Shown here: positions 9,568 through 17,501 of the stretch, piece by piece | How the letters are laid out: every line of letters begins with the position of its first letter | Numbering within the stretch: the stretch's first letter is position 1 | IMG/VR virus record: IMGVR_UViG_3300031774_000002 | DNA length: 64,000 nucleotides | Strand: one strand, 5' to 3' | Source of the DNA: an uncultured virus (IMG/VR IMGVR_UViG_3300031774_000002) | Taxonomy: Duplodnaviria; Heunggongvirae; Uroviricota; Caudoviricetes | Notes under the pieces: model-generated | The model's input: the letters and a program-made list of their open reading frames with translations, nothing else | Told to the model about the DNA's origin: nothing | The model's database searches: none | Position numbers and translations under genes: made by a program

Positions 9568-10306
9568 CTAGTGGACCTTTGAAGTGTTCTAAACCTGCTT
9601 CTGTTTTTAATCTTGATTCATTCCAAACATGACCGCTTTGTGTCTCATGTATTTTTGTATTAGCAACAATACCATATCTCTCAAACCTCTCACGCAACAC
9701 ATCAAATATATAACTGTCATGCCATTCAGATTCGCTAAAAATTAATAAACCATTATACATACCAGACATTGCATTCCAAAAATAATAATGAATTGGATGT
9801 TGTGTATCAAACATAACAAATCCGCATTCACTGTGTCTTTGTGTTCTAGAAAGGTATGCCATATAATCACCCTTTATCAATAAAGAAGGAAAGAATTGAT
9901 TATCAATATTTTTGGTTGCCTTTGTGTCAGCATCAATCCATATTAAATATCTTCCTTTCGGTGATTGTAGTGCTTGGAATATAGAATATATTTTGTAAGC
10001 AAATCTTGTAGCATCCCATTTGAACATAAGTTTTTTATCATACTCGTCAGAGTTTCTTTCAGCTGTTATAACACTACTTATCAAAGGTGTGGCGACATTA
10101 CTAAATGCTTCATACAAATTTGTGTCTAGTTTTTGATATTCAATTTTTTCACCTGAAAAGAGTTCATCGAACTTATCGAAGTCATCTATAAAAACAGTAA
10201 GTGAGGAGTTGTCAGGCAGGTATGAATTCATGCTGACGATCATGTTTTCGCCAAATGCACGATATTGTTTGATTGACATTGATGTAACTAAATGATATTG
10301 GTCCAT
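9557..10306 (-). CDS. GT-A fold glycosyltransferase-like protein
   Basis: RFAYK, IWIDADT (DxD), HSECGF, WHDS, HFKG. Confidence 0.65.
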   Translation of the reverse strand: MDQYHLVTSMSIKQYRAFGENMIVSMNSYLPDNSSLTVFIDDFDKFDELFSGEKIEYQKLDTNLYEAFSNVATPLISSVITAERNSDEYDKKLMFKWDATRFAYKIYSIFQALQSPKGRYLIWIDADTKATKNIDNQFFPSLLIKGDYMAYLSRTQRHSECGFVMFDTQHPIHYYFWNAMSGMYNGLLIFSESEWHDSYIFDVLRERFERYGIVANTKIHETQSGHVWNESRLKTEAGLEHFKGPLDGK

Positions 10307-10347
10307 TCATCAAATCCCATAATATAATTAATAATATATATAAGCTG

Positions 10348-11571
10348 TTAATTCCAGCCTTTTAAATAGTTGTCAGAAAAGTTAGCATGACTAAATTGCA
10401 TTCTATTCACTAGCTTGAGTGCACTGCCATCGTTATCAATAGCAACATAACCTTCTGGAGCAGTTACTTGGAACCCATCCTTTGTTCTGAGTAGTGTATC
10501 AATATTGCTTGCTTGATCCATCTTACTAATAATCATCTCTTTAGCATCAATCAATTCATTCATTAACAAGAAGATGCTTTCAAGATTCTTAACATTAGCA
10601 TTAGAAAAGAACTTTAGTATCTCATCACGCTTATCAGTCTGGACTTTCTTACCCTTTGGTGTCTTGCGTTTATCAGCTTCTTTGGCATAAAACCCAGTAA
10701 TGTGATTCACGAGATCCTTAACATGTGATTTTACATTTGTAATCTTTTGTCCTGCTCTCACTTTAGTATTAAAGTGGACTGTAATCTGACGAATCAACTC
10801 TGGGTTCTCAGAGATAGCATTCATTGTTTTAGCGTCCAACTTTCTGAATATCTTACCAGCATTACTAATGTATTTGGTCACTTCTTTGTTTTCTTTAGCA
10901 GTGAATGTAGCTTTACCAGACACATCAGTGAACTCGGGATCAACATACCAAACGTCTTTAGATGGTCTTAGCTTTTCAGATATCTTCTGACCGAATGATG
11001 CTTTCATTGTCTCAAATGACGAGCCACTGTATACAGTATGCCACACAATACCAATCTTAGCTGAACGGATAGACTTACCCATTTCTGATTTACTTGGTAC
11101 AGAGTACACAATTGTGTTTGGGTGGAATGTTGTAACTTTCTCACCATCTATTGTTTCACTTTTCAAGTCACTTTTGCTGAATAGGAAGTCCCCTTGTAAC
11201 ACTCCAGTGATTCCAAGATCTGGTAAATGTTTCAGAGCGAGTTTTAACTTAACTGCCAAATCACCGCTAGTGTCATCATCTACCTCTGCAGCAGTCTTGT
11301 AGATTTTAGGGTTTTTATTAAAGACTCCTTTTTTCGCCACAAAAAACTCGCCATCGCGTGGATCTTGTCCAGCAAATATAGCAGGAGCACCATCCCACTT
11401 AACAGTAGTAGAGACACCCCGAGAAGAACTGCCCGAAAGCATATCACGCATACTGCGTAAAAGGTTAATAGCTTGTCTTGCACCTGTCACACCCCCATAG
11501 AGTACAGCATCTTCAAGATGCGTCATGTGTGTATTTTTTTGTTCAATTAAGAAACTGCTAAACTTTTTCAT
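10348..11571 (-). CDS. conserved phage protein with ATP-dependent ligase-like motifs (DUF6267-like)
   Basis: KNTHMTHLED, TVKWDG (KxDG), QGDF, EGYV, LKLV; N-terminus MKKFSSFLIE. Confidence 0.6.
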   Translation of the reverse strand: MKKFSSFLIEQKNTHMTHLEDAVLYGGVTGARQAINLLRSMRDMLSGSSSRGVSTTVKWDGAPAIFAGQDPRDGEFFVAKKGVFNKNPKIYKTAAEVDDDTSGDLAVKLKLALKHLPDLGITGVLQGDFLFSKSDLKSETIDGEKVTTFHPNTIVYSVPSKSEMGKSIRSAKIGIVWHTVYSGSSFETMKASFGQKISEKLRPSKDVWYVDPEFTDVSGKATFTAKENKEVTKYISNAGKIFRKLDAKTMNAISENPELIRQITVHFNTKVRAGQKITNVKSHVKDLVNHITGFYAKEADKRKTPKGKKVQTDKRDEILKFFSNANVKNLESIFLLMNELIDAKEMIISKMDQASNIDTLLRTKDGFQVTAPEGYVAIDNDGSALKLVNRMQFSHANFSDNYLKGWN

Positions 11572-11572
11572 A

Positions 11573-12904
11573 TTAATATATCTTACAGTGGATTGATGAG
11601 AAGTCGTTTTTCTTGATAGCTGAATAATAACAGCTCTTTAGTACATCTGGATCACTTTCTGATAATATTTCTAGATAGTATGTCAGCCAAGCACCAGCTT
11701 TTAATTGTACTTCAGATGTGGGGAATGGTGATACTTTATCAATTACAAACGACTTCTTCAACAATTTAGGAAGTTTTGTGCTCAAGTATTTCATTGGATC
11801 ATTCATGATTTTAGTCTTGTCAGACTTTATGTCGAACCCATTTTGAGAAGCGAGTTCAGGGAATAATTGCGCAGACACAGAGCCCAATTGGACATCAGCA
11901 CCCTTCTGTCTGCCCTCAAGATAAATGCGGATATCTCCAACCTTTGAGATTGTGCCAGCCTTGTATCCAACACGCAAATTAAATCCACTAATGTTACCTT
12001 GAGTTTCGAAAATAAAATTCTTTTGGAATGGATCAAACAAAACACGCATTGGTGTTAATTCAACATCAGGGATATCAGATGTTGAAACAGTTTCAACTTT
12101 AGCAGTTTTGTTTTTAGATATCTTTTTAAGAGATACACCGATAATTTCTTTGCTTTCATACTTATCAGATAACCAAGCATTAAATTCAAGTAATGATGTT
12201 ATGTCTTTTGTTTGTTTAATTATCTGTGCTTTTGTAATCTTCATAACCCAGATGTCAGCAGGATTCCAGTTATCTTTTAAATCCTTTAGACCAAATCGTT
12301 TTGCTAGATTAAACAAAACATTAGAATCATTCTTTTCTGAGTCTAAGTATATTTTATGTTTTGGAAGATTACCGAAGTTTTTAGAGAATGCAATATATTG
12401 TTGCTCAAAATTATGCATCCATTCTGGACTGAAATCAAACCCCACTGCTGAAGACACTTGCTTCAGTGTTGGCTTCTTACCTTTAAATGCACCTTCAAAG
12501 TATGAGATTGTACCAGCTTCTTGTTCTGCTGTTGTTGGGTTTGCTACTGTCTGTCCTTTCTTTGGTAGACGACCACTACCACGCATTCCACCTGAAGGAA
12601 CAAGAGCAATGTTAACAAGTTTAGATGAAACATATTTTTCACCTTTAGGCATGAAGCCATAACCTGACAAGTCTTTATGTACCGCAAGTTTGGGAATAAG
12701 TTTTTTGTCAGTGATCTTTATCATCAACTGTGTCTTTGCTTTTTTAAAGTCATACTTTGGTTCGATATATACAACATCATCATCAGCATGCTTTTTGAGA
12801 CGAGTTATGAATCTTTTCAATTCAGGATTCATAGCTGTAGGAAGGTGTTCGTATCCGAGCCACAGTTTTGTAGACTCCACTAGATACTCTCCGAATTTAT
12901 ACAT
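11573..12904 (-). CDS. hypothetical protein, PD-(D/E)xK nuclease-like
   Basis: AEQE, WNPADIW, GVSLKK motifs; N-terminus MYKFGEYLVE. Confidence 0.5.
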   Translation of the reverse strand: MYKFGEYLVESTKLWLGYEHLPTAMNPELKRFITRLKKHADDDVVYIEPKYDFKKAKTQLMIKITDKKLIPKLAVHKDLSGYGFMPKGEKYVSSKLVNIALVPSGGMRGSGRLPKKGQTVANPTTAEQEAGTISYFEGAFKGKKPTLKQVSSAVGFDFSPEWMHNFEQQYIAFSKNFGNLPKHKIYLDSEKNDSNVLFNLAKRFGLKDLKDNWNPADIWVMKITKAQIIKQTKDITSLLEFNAWLSDKYESKEIIGVSLKKISKNKTAKVETVSTSDIPDVELTPMRVLFDPFQKNFIFETQGNISGFNLRVGYKAGTISKVGDIRIYLEGRQKGADVQLGSVSAQLFPELASQNGFDIKSDKTKIMNDPMKYLSTKLPKLLKKSFVIDKVSPFPTSEVQLKAGAWLTYYLEILSESDPDVLKSCYYSAIKKNDFSSIHCKIY

Positions 12905-12942
12905 TTGTCAACCTTTGTTTTGTCAAAAAGAATATTATATGT

Positions 12943-12950
12943 TATTTATA
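12943..12950 (-). promoter_or_regulatory. T4-type late promoter TATAAATA
   Basis: exact consensus just upstream of 11573..12904. Confidence 0.8.
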
Positions 12951-12965
12951 ATCCAAAGGCAATAG

Positions 12966-12992
12966 AAAATGAGCATTTTAATGACATGCTCA
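12966..12992 (-). terminator. intrinsic terminator after gp41
   Basis: TGAGCAT-N9-ATGCTCA followed by TTTT on the minus strand. Confidence 0.65.
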
Positions 12993-13001
12993 GGTCATAG
13001 A

Positions 13002-13048
13002 GTTATGTGTGTGATGAGAGAGAGTGAGAGAGAGTTCACACACACAAC
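13002..13048 (-). ncRNA. candidate structured RNA in the gp41 3' UTR (13-bp stem, CU-repeat loop)
   Basis: GUUGUGUGUGUGA / UCACACACAUAAC stem (one G-U) around the loop ACUCUCUCUCACUCUCUCUCA. Confidence 0.5.
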
Positions 13049-13049
13049 A

Positions 13050-14477
13050 TTATACTTTCAATCCTCCGAAGTTTTTACGACCCATCTTTTTGGTTGCCCA
13101 CTTCATTTGATCATCTTCTTTAGCCCTAGACCCAAACTCTGAGTTATCAAATACTGGTCCAGTGTCACCACTATCGGAAAGACCCTCTTGAGCAGTTTGC
13201 TCAACATCATACAACCTCATCTTAGCACGATCAATACCAACCATAAACCTTTTATGTGTACTTGGATCACCATAACGATTTTTTAACTGTTTCACCATTA
13301 TCTGCCCAAGCTCATCTAACTCTTCTGTAACAATCAATGCAGCCATAAAATCAGCAGTTGCTGGTAGACCAAACGATTCAGAAGTATCAGTCAACTCAAT
13401 ATCACTGCTACCATATCCACTACGAGTTGTTTGTGTAGCTGATACAATAGGAACATTTTGTTCAACAGCCAAACCACGCATCTCCTCAGCAATGGCTTTG
13501 ATCAGAGTATATGAGTTAATGTTTGCACCAGCACGAACTCTTGAAGAACTGCATATGTTTAGATAATCAACATAGATGATATCAGGTGTAAATGATTTCT
13601 TTAATTTCATCTCATTCAGTAGATGACGAAAATGACCAACACCAGCAGATGCAGTTGGATATTCTTTTATAATTAATTTGCCAGATGTCTTACCTTTAAC
13701 TCTTTCTATTTTCTTTTCATACATACTTTTAGATAATGCTTTTAAATTATCTAGTGTGACATTAAGTAAGTTGGCATCAATACGCTCAGCAATCTTTTCT
13801 TCAGCCATCTCCATAGTGATGTATAAAACATTCTTGCCATCCATTAGATTAGCCGAAGCCATATGACACATAGCCAAAGACTTACCAGCACCAGTACCTG
13901 CCATGAGTATGTTCAAAGATTTACGAGGCAACCCACCTTGTGTGATCTTGTTCATATAATCAAGGTCAAAGGGAACACGCTCTTCTTTGCGGTGATAAAA
14001 CTCAAACCGTTCTTCAGCATCTTCAACAAAATCATGACCAATGTTAGGATCAAATGAAACGCTTAGAGCATCAGACAACAACTCAGGTATTGCTCCTTTG
14101 TCTTGCTTCTGCCCTTTAGTTTGATCGAGTATACTGATGCTTTCCATTATGGCATTATATACAGCTTTTTCTTGACAGAACTTCTCAGTTGTATTAATTA
14201 ACCACTCAGGATCTTCAGCTTGCTCAACAGATAGTGATGAAATATATTCACCACATTCTTTGAATTCACTATCTGAAAGATTCGTCTGTTGATCAAGTTC
14301 AATAACAAGTGCCTCTTTAGTTGGCACAGTATTAAACTTGTTTATGAAATGATCTATTTGTTCATAGACCGCACGCTCAACACGATCACTGAAGTATTCA
14401 GATTTTAGATAGGGGAGTGTTCTCCTAGCATAATCCTCATCATTCAGTAGGTGTCTCAGTATCAGTTGTTCCTGCAT
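13050..14477 (-). CDS. gp41: replicative helicase
   Basis: DnaB-like: AGTGAGKS, YITMEM, VDYLNI, SATQTTR, SESFGLPATAD; next to uvsX. Confidence 0.95.
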   Translation of the reverse strand: MQEQLILRHLLNDEDYARRTLPYLKSEYFSDRVERAVYEQIDHFINKFNTVPTKEALVIELDQQTNLSDSEFKECGEYISSLSVEQAEDPEWLINTTEKFCQEKAVYNAIMESISILDQTKGQKQDKGAIPELLSDALSVSFDPNIGHDFVEDAEERFEFYHRKEERVPFDLDYMNKITQGGLPRKSLNILMAGTGAGKSLAMCHMASANLMDGKNVLYITMEMAEEKIAERIDANLLNVTLDNLKALSKSMYEKKIERVKGKTSGKLIIKEYPTASAGVGHFRHLLNEMKLKKSFTPDIIYVDYLNICSSSRVRAGANINSYTLIKAIAEEMRGLAVEQNVPIVSATQTTRSGYGSSDIELTDTSESFGLPATADFMAALIVTEELDELGQIMVKQLKNRYGDPSTHKRFMVGIDRAKMRLYDVEQTAQEGLSDSGDTGPVFDNSEFGSRAKEDDQMKWATKKMGRKNFGGLKV

Positions 14478-14754
14478 TATCTACGCTCTCTCTCAATTGT
14501 TGTTCAATAATATCGACAAGTATGTCTCCCATTATACTAATTGCTTCTTCAGAAGTCAAGTCAACATCTGTGGGGTTATCAATAGTGATTGTATTGTAGT
14601 CAAGTACAGCTTGACCATCTTCTTCTCTTTCATGAAAAGATACAGTGTCATACTGATAAGTGAGTCCCTCACAACTACCTTCCAGCACCTTAACAGCCCA
14701 ATGATCTGCATGGAATCCTTCTGGCGATTCTACTAAATCATATTTAACTGACAT
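14440..14754 (-). CDS. small acidic protein at the gp40 position
   Basis: synteny between uvsX and gp41 as for T4 gp40; similarity not verifiable by eye. Confidence 0.45.
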   Translation of the reverse strand: MSVKYDLVESPEGFHADHWAVKVLEGSCEGLTYQYDTVSFHEREEDGQAVLDYNTITIDNPTDVDLTSEEAISIMGDILVDIIEQQLRESVDNAGTTDTETPTE

Positions 14755-15793
14755 TTTCTATATCCTCTTGAGGTGTTTCATCAATACCAACCTGACCATA
14801 CTTAAACTCTTTGGCTGCAGCCACTTCAAGCTGTTCCATAATCTCAGGAGTAAAATACTTCTCAGGGTCGTTGTTTATTGCTTTACCAAACACCTTACTT
14901 CCATCAGGTAATTCATAGCGTGTCGATACTTTCTTGATGATGTTATATTTTTCAGCAAGATCAAGTAGACCATAATAACGATCAAGACCACTATCATATG
15001 ATAACTTCACTTCAACCTTTTTCTGTTCTTTAGTGAAGCGAGACTTATGCATGGTTGCTTTGATAATGTTACCAACAACATCAGTGCCATCTTTATCTTT
15101 CTTCTTACCTAACATAACAATTGAAGATGCAGCATACTTCAAGCCACTACCACCGCTGATTTCTTTAGTCGGGATGTAAGCACCAACAACATCATAGACA
15201 TGGTTTGTAACTAATAAAGGAACATTTGCTTTAGCTAATTTCAAAGACAATACACGGAAAGTACCACGCAACAACTGTGCTTTGGTCATATCTCGTTTGT
15301 CAGTACCAGCTTCAGTATCAGCCAACTCTTTATTAGAAGATAACATGCCGAGTGAATCAAGAACCATCATCATTGGGGGAGCATCTTTACCTTGATCAAT
15401 GTAAGTGCTTAGAATACGAGTTGCGTTTGTACGAAACTCTTCAATAGAACATGGCTCAGAAATAACAACACGCTTTGTATCAATACCACGATCTTCCATC
15501 ATCTGTTTTGTTACTGCAGCTTCAGTGTCAAAATATATGACACCACCATCTTTGTTATCATCTAAGAACTGTTTGAGCACACCCAAAACAAAGAATGTTT
15601 TACCAGTAGCAGATTCACCAGCAAACGCTGTAATTTTATTATTAGGCACACCACCATACAGACTACCAGACACAGCAGCATTCAAAATATATGATCCTGT
15701 GTCTATAGAGCCTGAAAACTCGGAACTGTTTGCACCTTCATCAAGGAGTGATGTATTATCGATCCCCTTTACCATATCAGTTAAAAAACTCAT
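14744..15793 (-). CDS. uvsX: RecA-like recombinase
   Basis: AGESATGKT, YFDTE, LDSLG, SGGSGLKYAAS. Confidence 0.95.
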   Translation of the reverse strand: MSFLTDMVKGIDNTSLLDEGANSSEFSGSIDTGSYILNAAVSGSLYGGVPNNKITAFAGESATGKTFFVLGVLKQFLDDNKDGGVIYFDTEAAVTKQMMEDRGIDTKRVVISEPCSIEEFRTNATRILSTYIDQGKDAPPMMMVLDSLGMLSSNKELADTEAGTDKRDMTKAQLLRGTFRVLSLKLAKANVPLLVTNHVYDVVGAYIPTKEISGGSGLKYAASSIVMLGKKKDKDGTDVVGNIIKATMHKSRFTKEQKKVEVKLSYDSGLDRYYGLLDLAEKYNIIKKVSTRYELPDGSKVFGKAINNDPEKYFTPEIMEQLEVAAAKEFKYGQVGIDETPQEDIENVS

Positions 15794-15823
15794 AACTCTT
15801 CCTCAATTAAAAAATATTGTATA

Positions 15824-15852
15824 ATTATATATCATAACATATAGAAAGTCAA
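15824..15852 (-). promoter_or_regulatory. sigma70-type promoter for uvsX
   Basis: TTGACT-N17-TATAAT. Confidence 0.7.
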
Positions 15853-15858
15853 TAACAA

Positions 15859-16122
15859 TTAGCTATTGTAGATCTTATCAATCAGATCACTAAACTCTTC
15901 CAATTTATTATTTCTATTTGGCCAATAGATGTAATCTTTTTCTGGATTTTTAGCCAGATTGTTTAGGAGCGGTTTGAATGTATTGTATAGATCAATACAC
16001 TTTGCTTCCCATGTATCAGCAGTTTCTGCAGCTTTAGTTGCTTGTGTGCTTGCCTGCTGGACAACATCTAATTCATCTTCAGTGACGGCTGTGAAGCCAA
16101 AATCAAAATCGAAGTCACTCAT
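15859..16122 (-). CDS. hypothetical protein
   Basis: 87 aa, FDFGFTAV...YIYWPNR; SD GAGG. Confidence 0.65.
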   Translation of the reverse strand: MSDFDFDFGFTAVTEDELDVVQQASTQATKAAETADTWEAKCIDLYNTFKPLLNNLAKNPEKDYIYWPNRNNKLEEFSDLIDKIYNS

Positions 16123-16134
16123 TTGTATTTCCTC

Positions 16135-17229
16135 TTATGCAAAAAAACTTTCTAACGAACTTTTCTTTTCAGACTGCCATCCAACCGACTTCAGAATATA
16201 CTTTAGTGGTTCAAGGAATGCTTTCTGAAACTGCAATTCGCGGTCTATGTAGGAGTTTAACTCAAATTCTTTGGGCAGTGTTGTCATAACACTGATGATA
16301 TTTTGCCTTGTTGGATTAGGCAATTTCAAATAACAAAACTTAATCTTCTCACCATCTTTGATGGACTCATATTTTTTGGTGAGCTTCATATCACGAAGCA
16401 TATGATTATATACCAACCCACCACGAACATGAATTGGTGTTCCTTTAGGAATTGTCAGCTCATCACCCAATACTGTATACTTATTCAAATCAGAAATTGA
16501 ACGAGGAAAGGCAATGTCCTCGAAGCTGAAAGTATCAAACTTTTCTCTGAATTCAGAAATATAACTCTGCACTTCATCTTCACCTTTTGTCATAATAATC
16601 TTGATGGCTTCTTTCAAAGCATCACGACAGACTGCTGGTGTTGATGACTTAACAGTCTCAATACCCATCATCTTCAATTGCGGTTCAGCATAACGCACAC
16701 CCTCATTATCATACACATTCATCATGTAGCGTTTCTTAGCAGTCCAGATAGCTTTATCTGCAATCGCTTCACGCTTCATAAACATCTTTTGGGAATATGC
16801 GTTTGTTAGGTGTGCCAGCTCTTCATAACTTTTATCAATAAAAGGTTCCAACTTCTCAGCTGCAACTTTGTCCAAGAAATTGACGACTTTGACAGCATCA
16901 CTTCCCTCTTCAAAGCATTTGCGTACAAGTTTGTCGAGATTGACATAAATTGAATCTGTGTCCGACGCAATAACATAATCAACTTCGTCTGTATCCAAGA
17001 TCTTGTTGAGATATTCATTTACTCTCCTTTCAATCCATCTAATTGCTAACTGACCAGACAATGTAATTGCCTCTGCCTTTCGTACATCAAAGAATCGAAA
17101 GTATTTATTACCGACTGCACCATAAGCTGAGTTGAGCTGAACCTTTTTTGCAAGTTGAAGATTCTTGTACTTGCTTATATCTTTAACAAGTTGCTTCTTC
17201 CGTTCAAGAAGTTCAGCTCTTTCAGTCAT
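16135..17229 (-). CDS. gp43: family B DNA polymerase, C-terminal subunit (gp43B)
   Basis: KVQLNSAYG (motif B), ASDTDS (motif C), KKRY, C-terminal SSLESFF. Confidence 0.93.
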   Translation of the reverse strand: MTERAELLERKKQLVKDISKYKNLQLAKKVQLNSAYGAVGNKYFRFFDVRKAEAITLSGQLAIRWIERRVNEYLNKILDTDEVDYVIASDTDSIYVNLDKLVRKCFEEGSDAVKVVNFLDKVAAEKLEPFIDKSYEELAHLTNAYSQKMFMKREAIADKAIWTAKKRYMMNVYDNEGVRYAEPQLKMMGIETVKSSTPAVCRDALKEAIKIIMTKGEDEVQSYISEFREKFDTFSFEDIAFPRSISDLNKYTVLGDELTIPKGTPIHVRGGLVYNHMLRDMKLTKKYESIKDGEKIKFCYLKLPNPTRQNIISVMTTLPKEFELNSYIDRELQFQKAFLEPLKYILKSVGWQSEKKSSLESFFA

Positions 17230-17501
17230 TATACTACAATCCCGCTTGTTGCTTGAATATATGCTTTCTCAACATCTTCATTGGTTTCAGTCATGAATAC
17301 TGTTCCACCAGTATAGAAAGAAACTGAGTCAACATTTGCTTTACCTGTCGCACAAACGCCATGAGCAAATCCCATACCCTGCTCGCCATGGACAAGCATG
17401 CGTGGATCTTTGATAACAATACTAGCATCTGTTTCTTCTTCAAACTTACCAACAAACTCTCCAGTGAGAGTTACTAATGAAACTACAGTTCCTTTCTTCA
17501 T
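17229..17501 (-). CDS. small Sm-like beta protein between the two polymerase halves
   Basis: 90 aa, VVSLVTLTGEFVGK...IVIKDP pattern; overlaps both neighbours. Confidence 0.6.
   Translation of the reverse strand: MKKGTVVSLVTLTGEFVGKFEEETDASIVIKDPRMLVHGEQGMGFAHGVCATGKANVDSVSFYTGGTVFMTETNEDVEKAYIQATSGIVV

Noticed and set aside
13002..13048. (GA)n/(CA)n tract as a mere microsatellite or assembly artefact
   Set aside because: The tracts form a precise stem-loop with strand-specific G-U pairing, so it is reported as a candidate RNA instead.
17229..17501. Group I intron, intein or homing endonuclease interrupting gp43
   Set aside because: The gap is filled by one coupled ORF lacking homing-endonuclease motifs, both halves have their own stop/start, and no intein termini or intron core were recognised.
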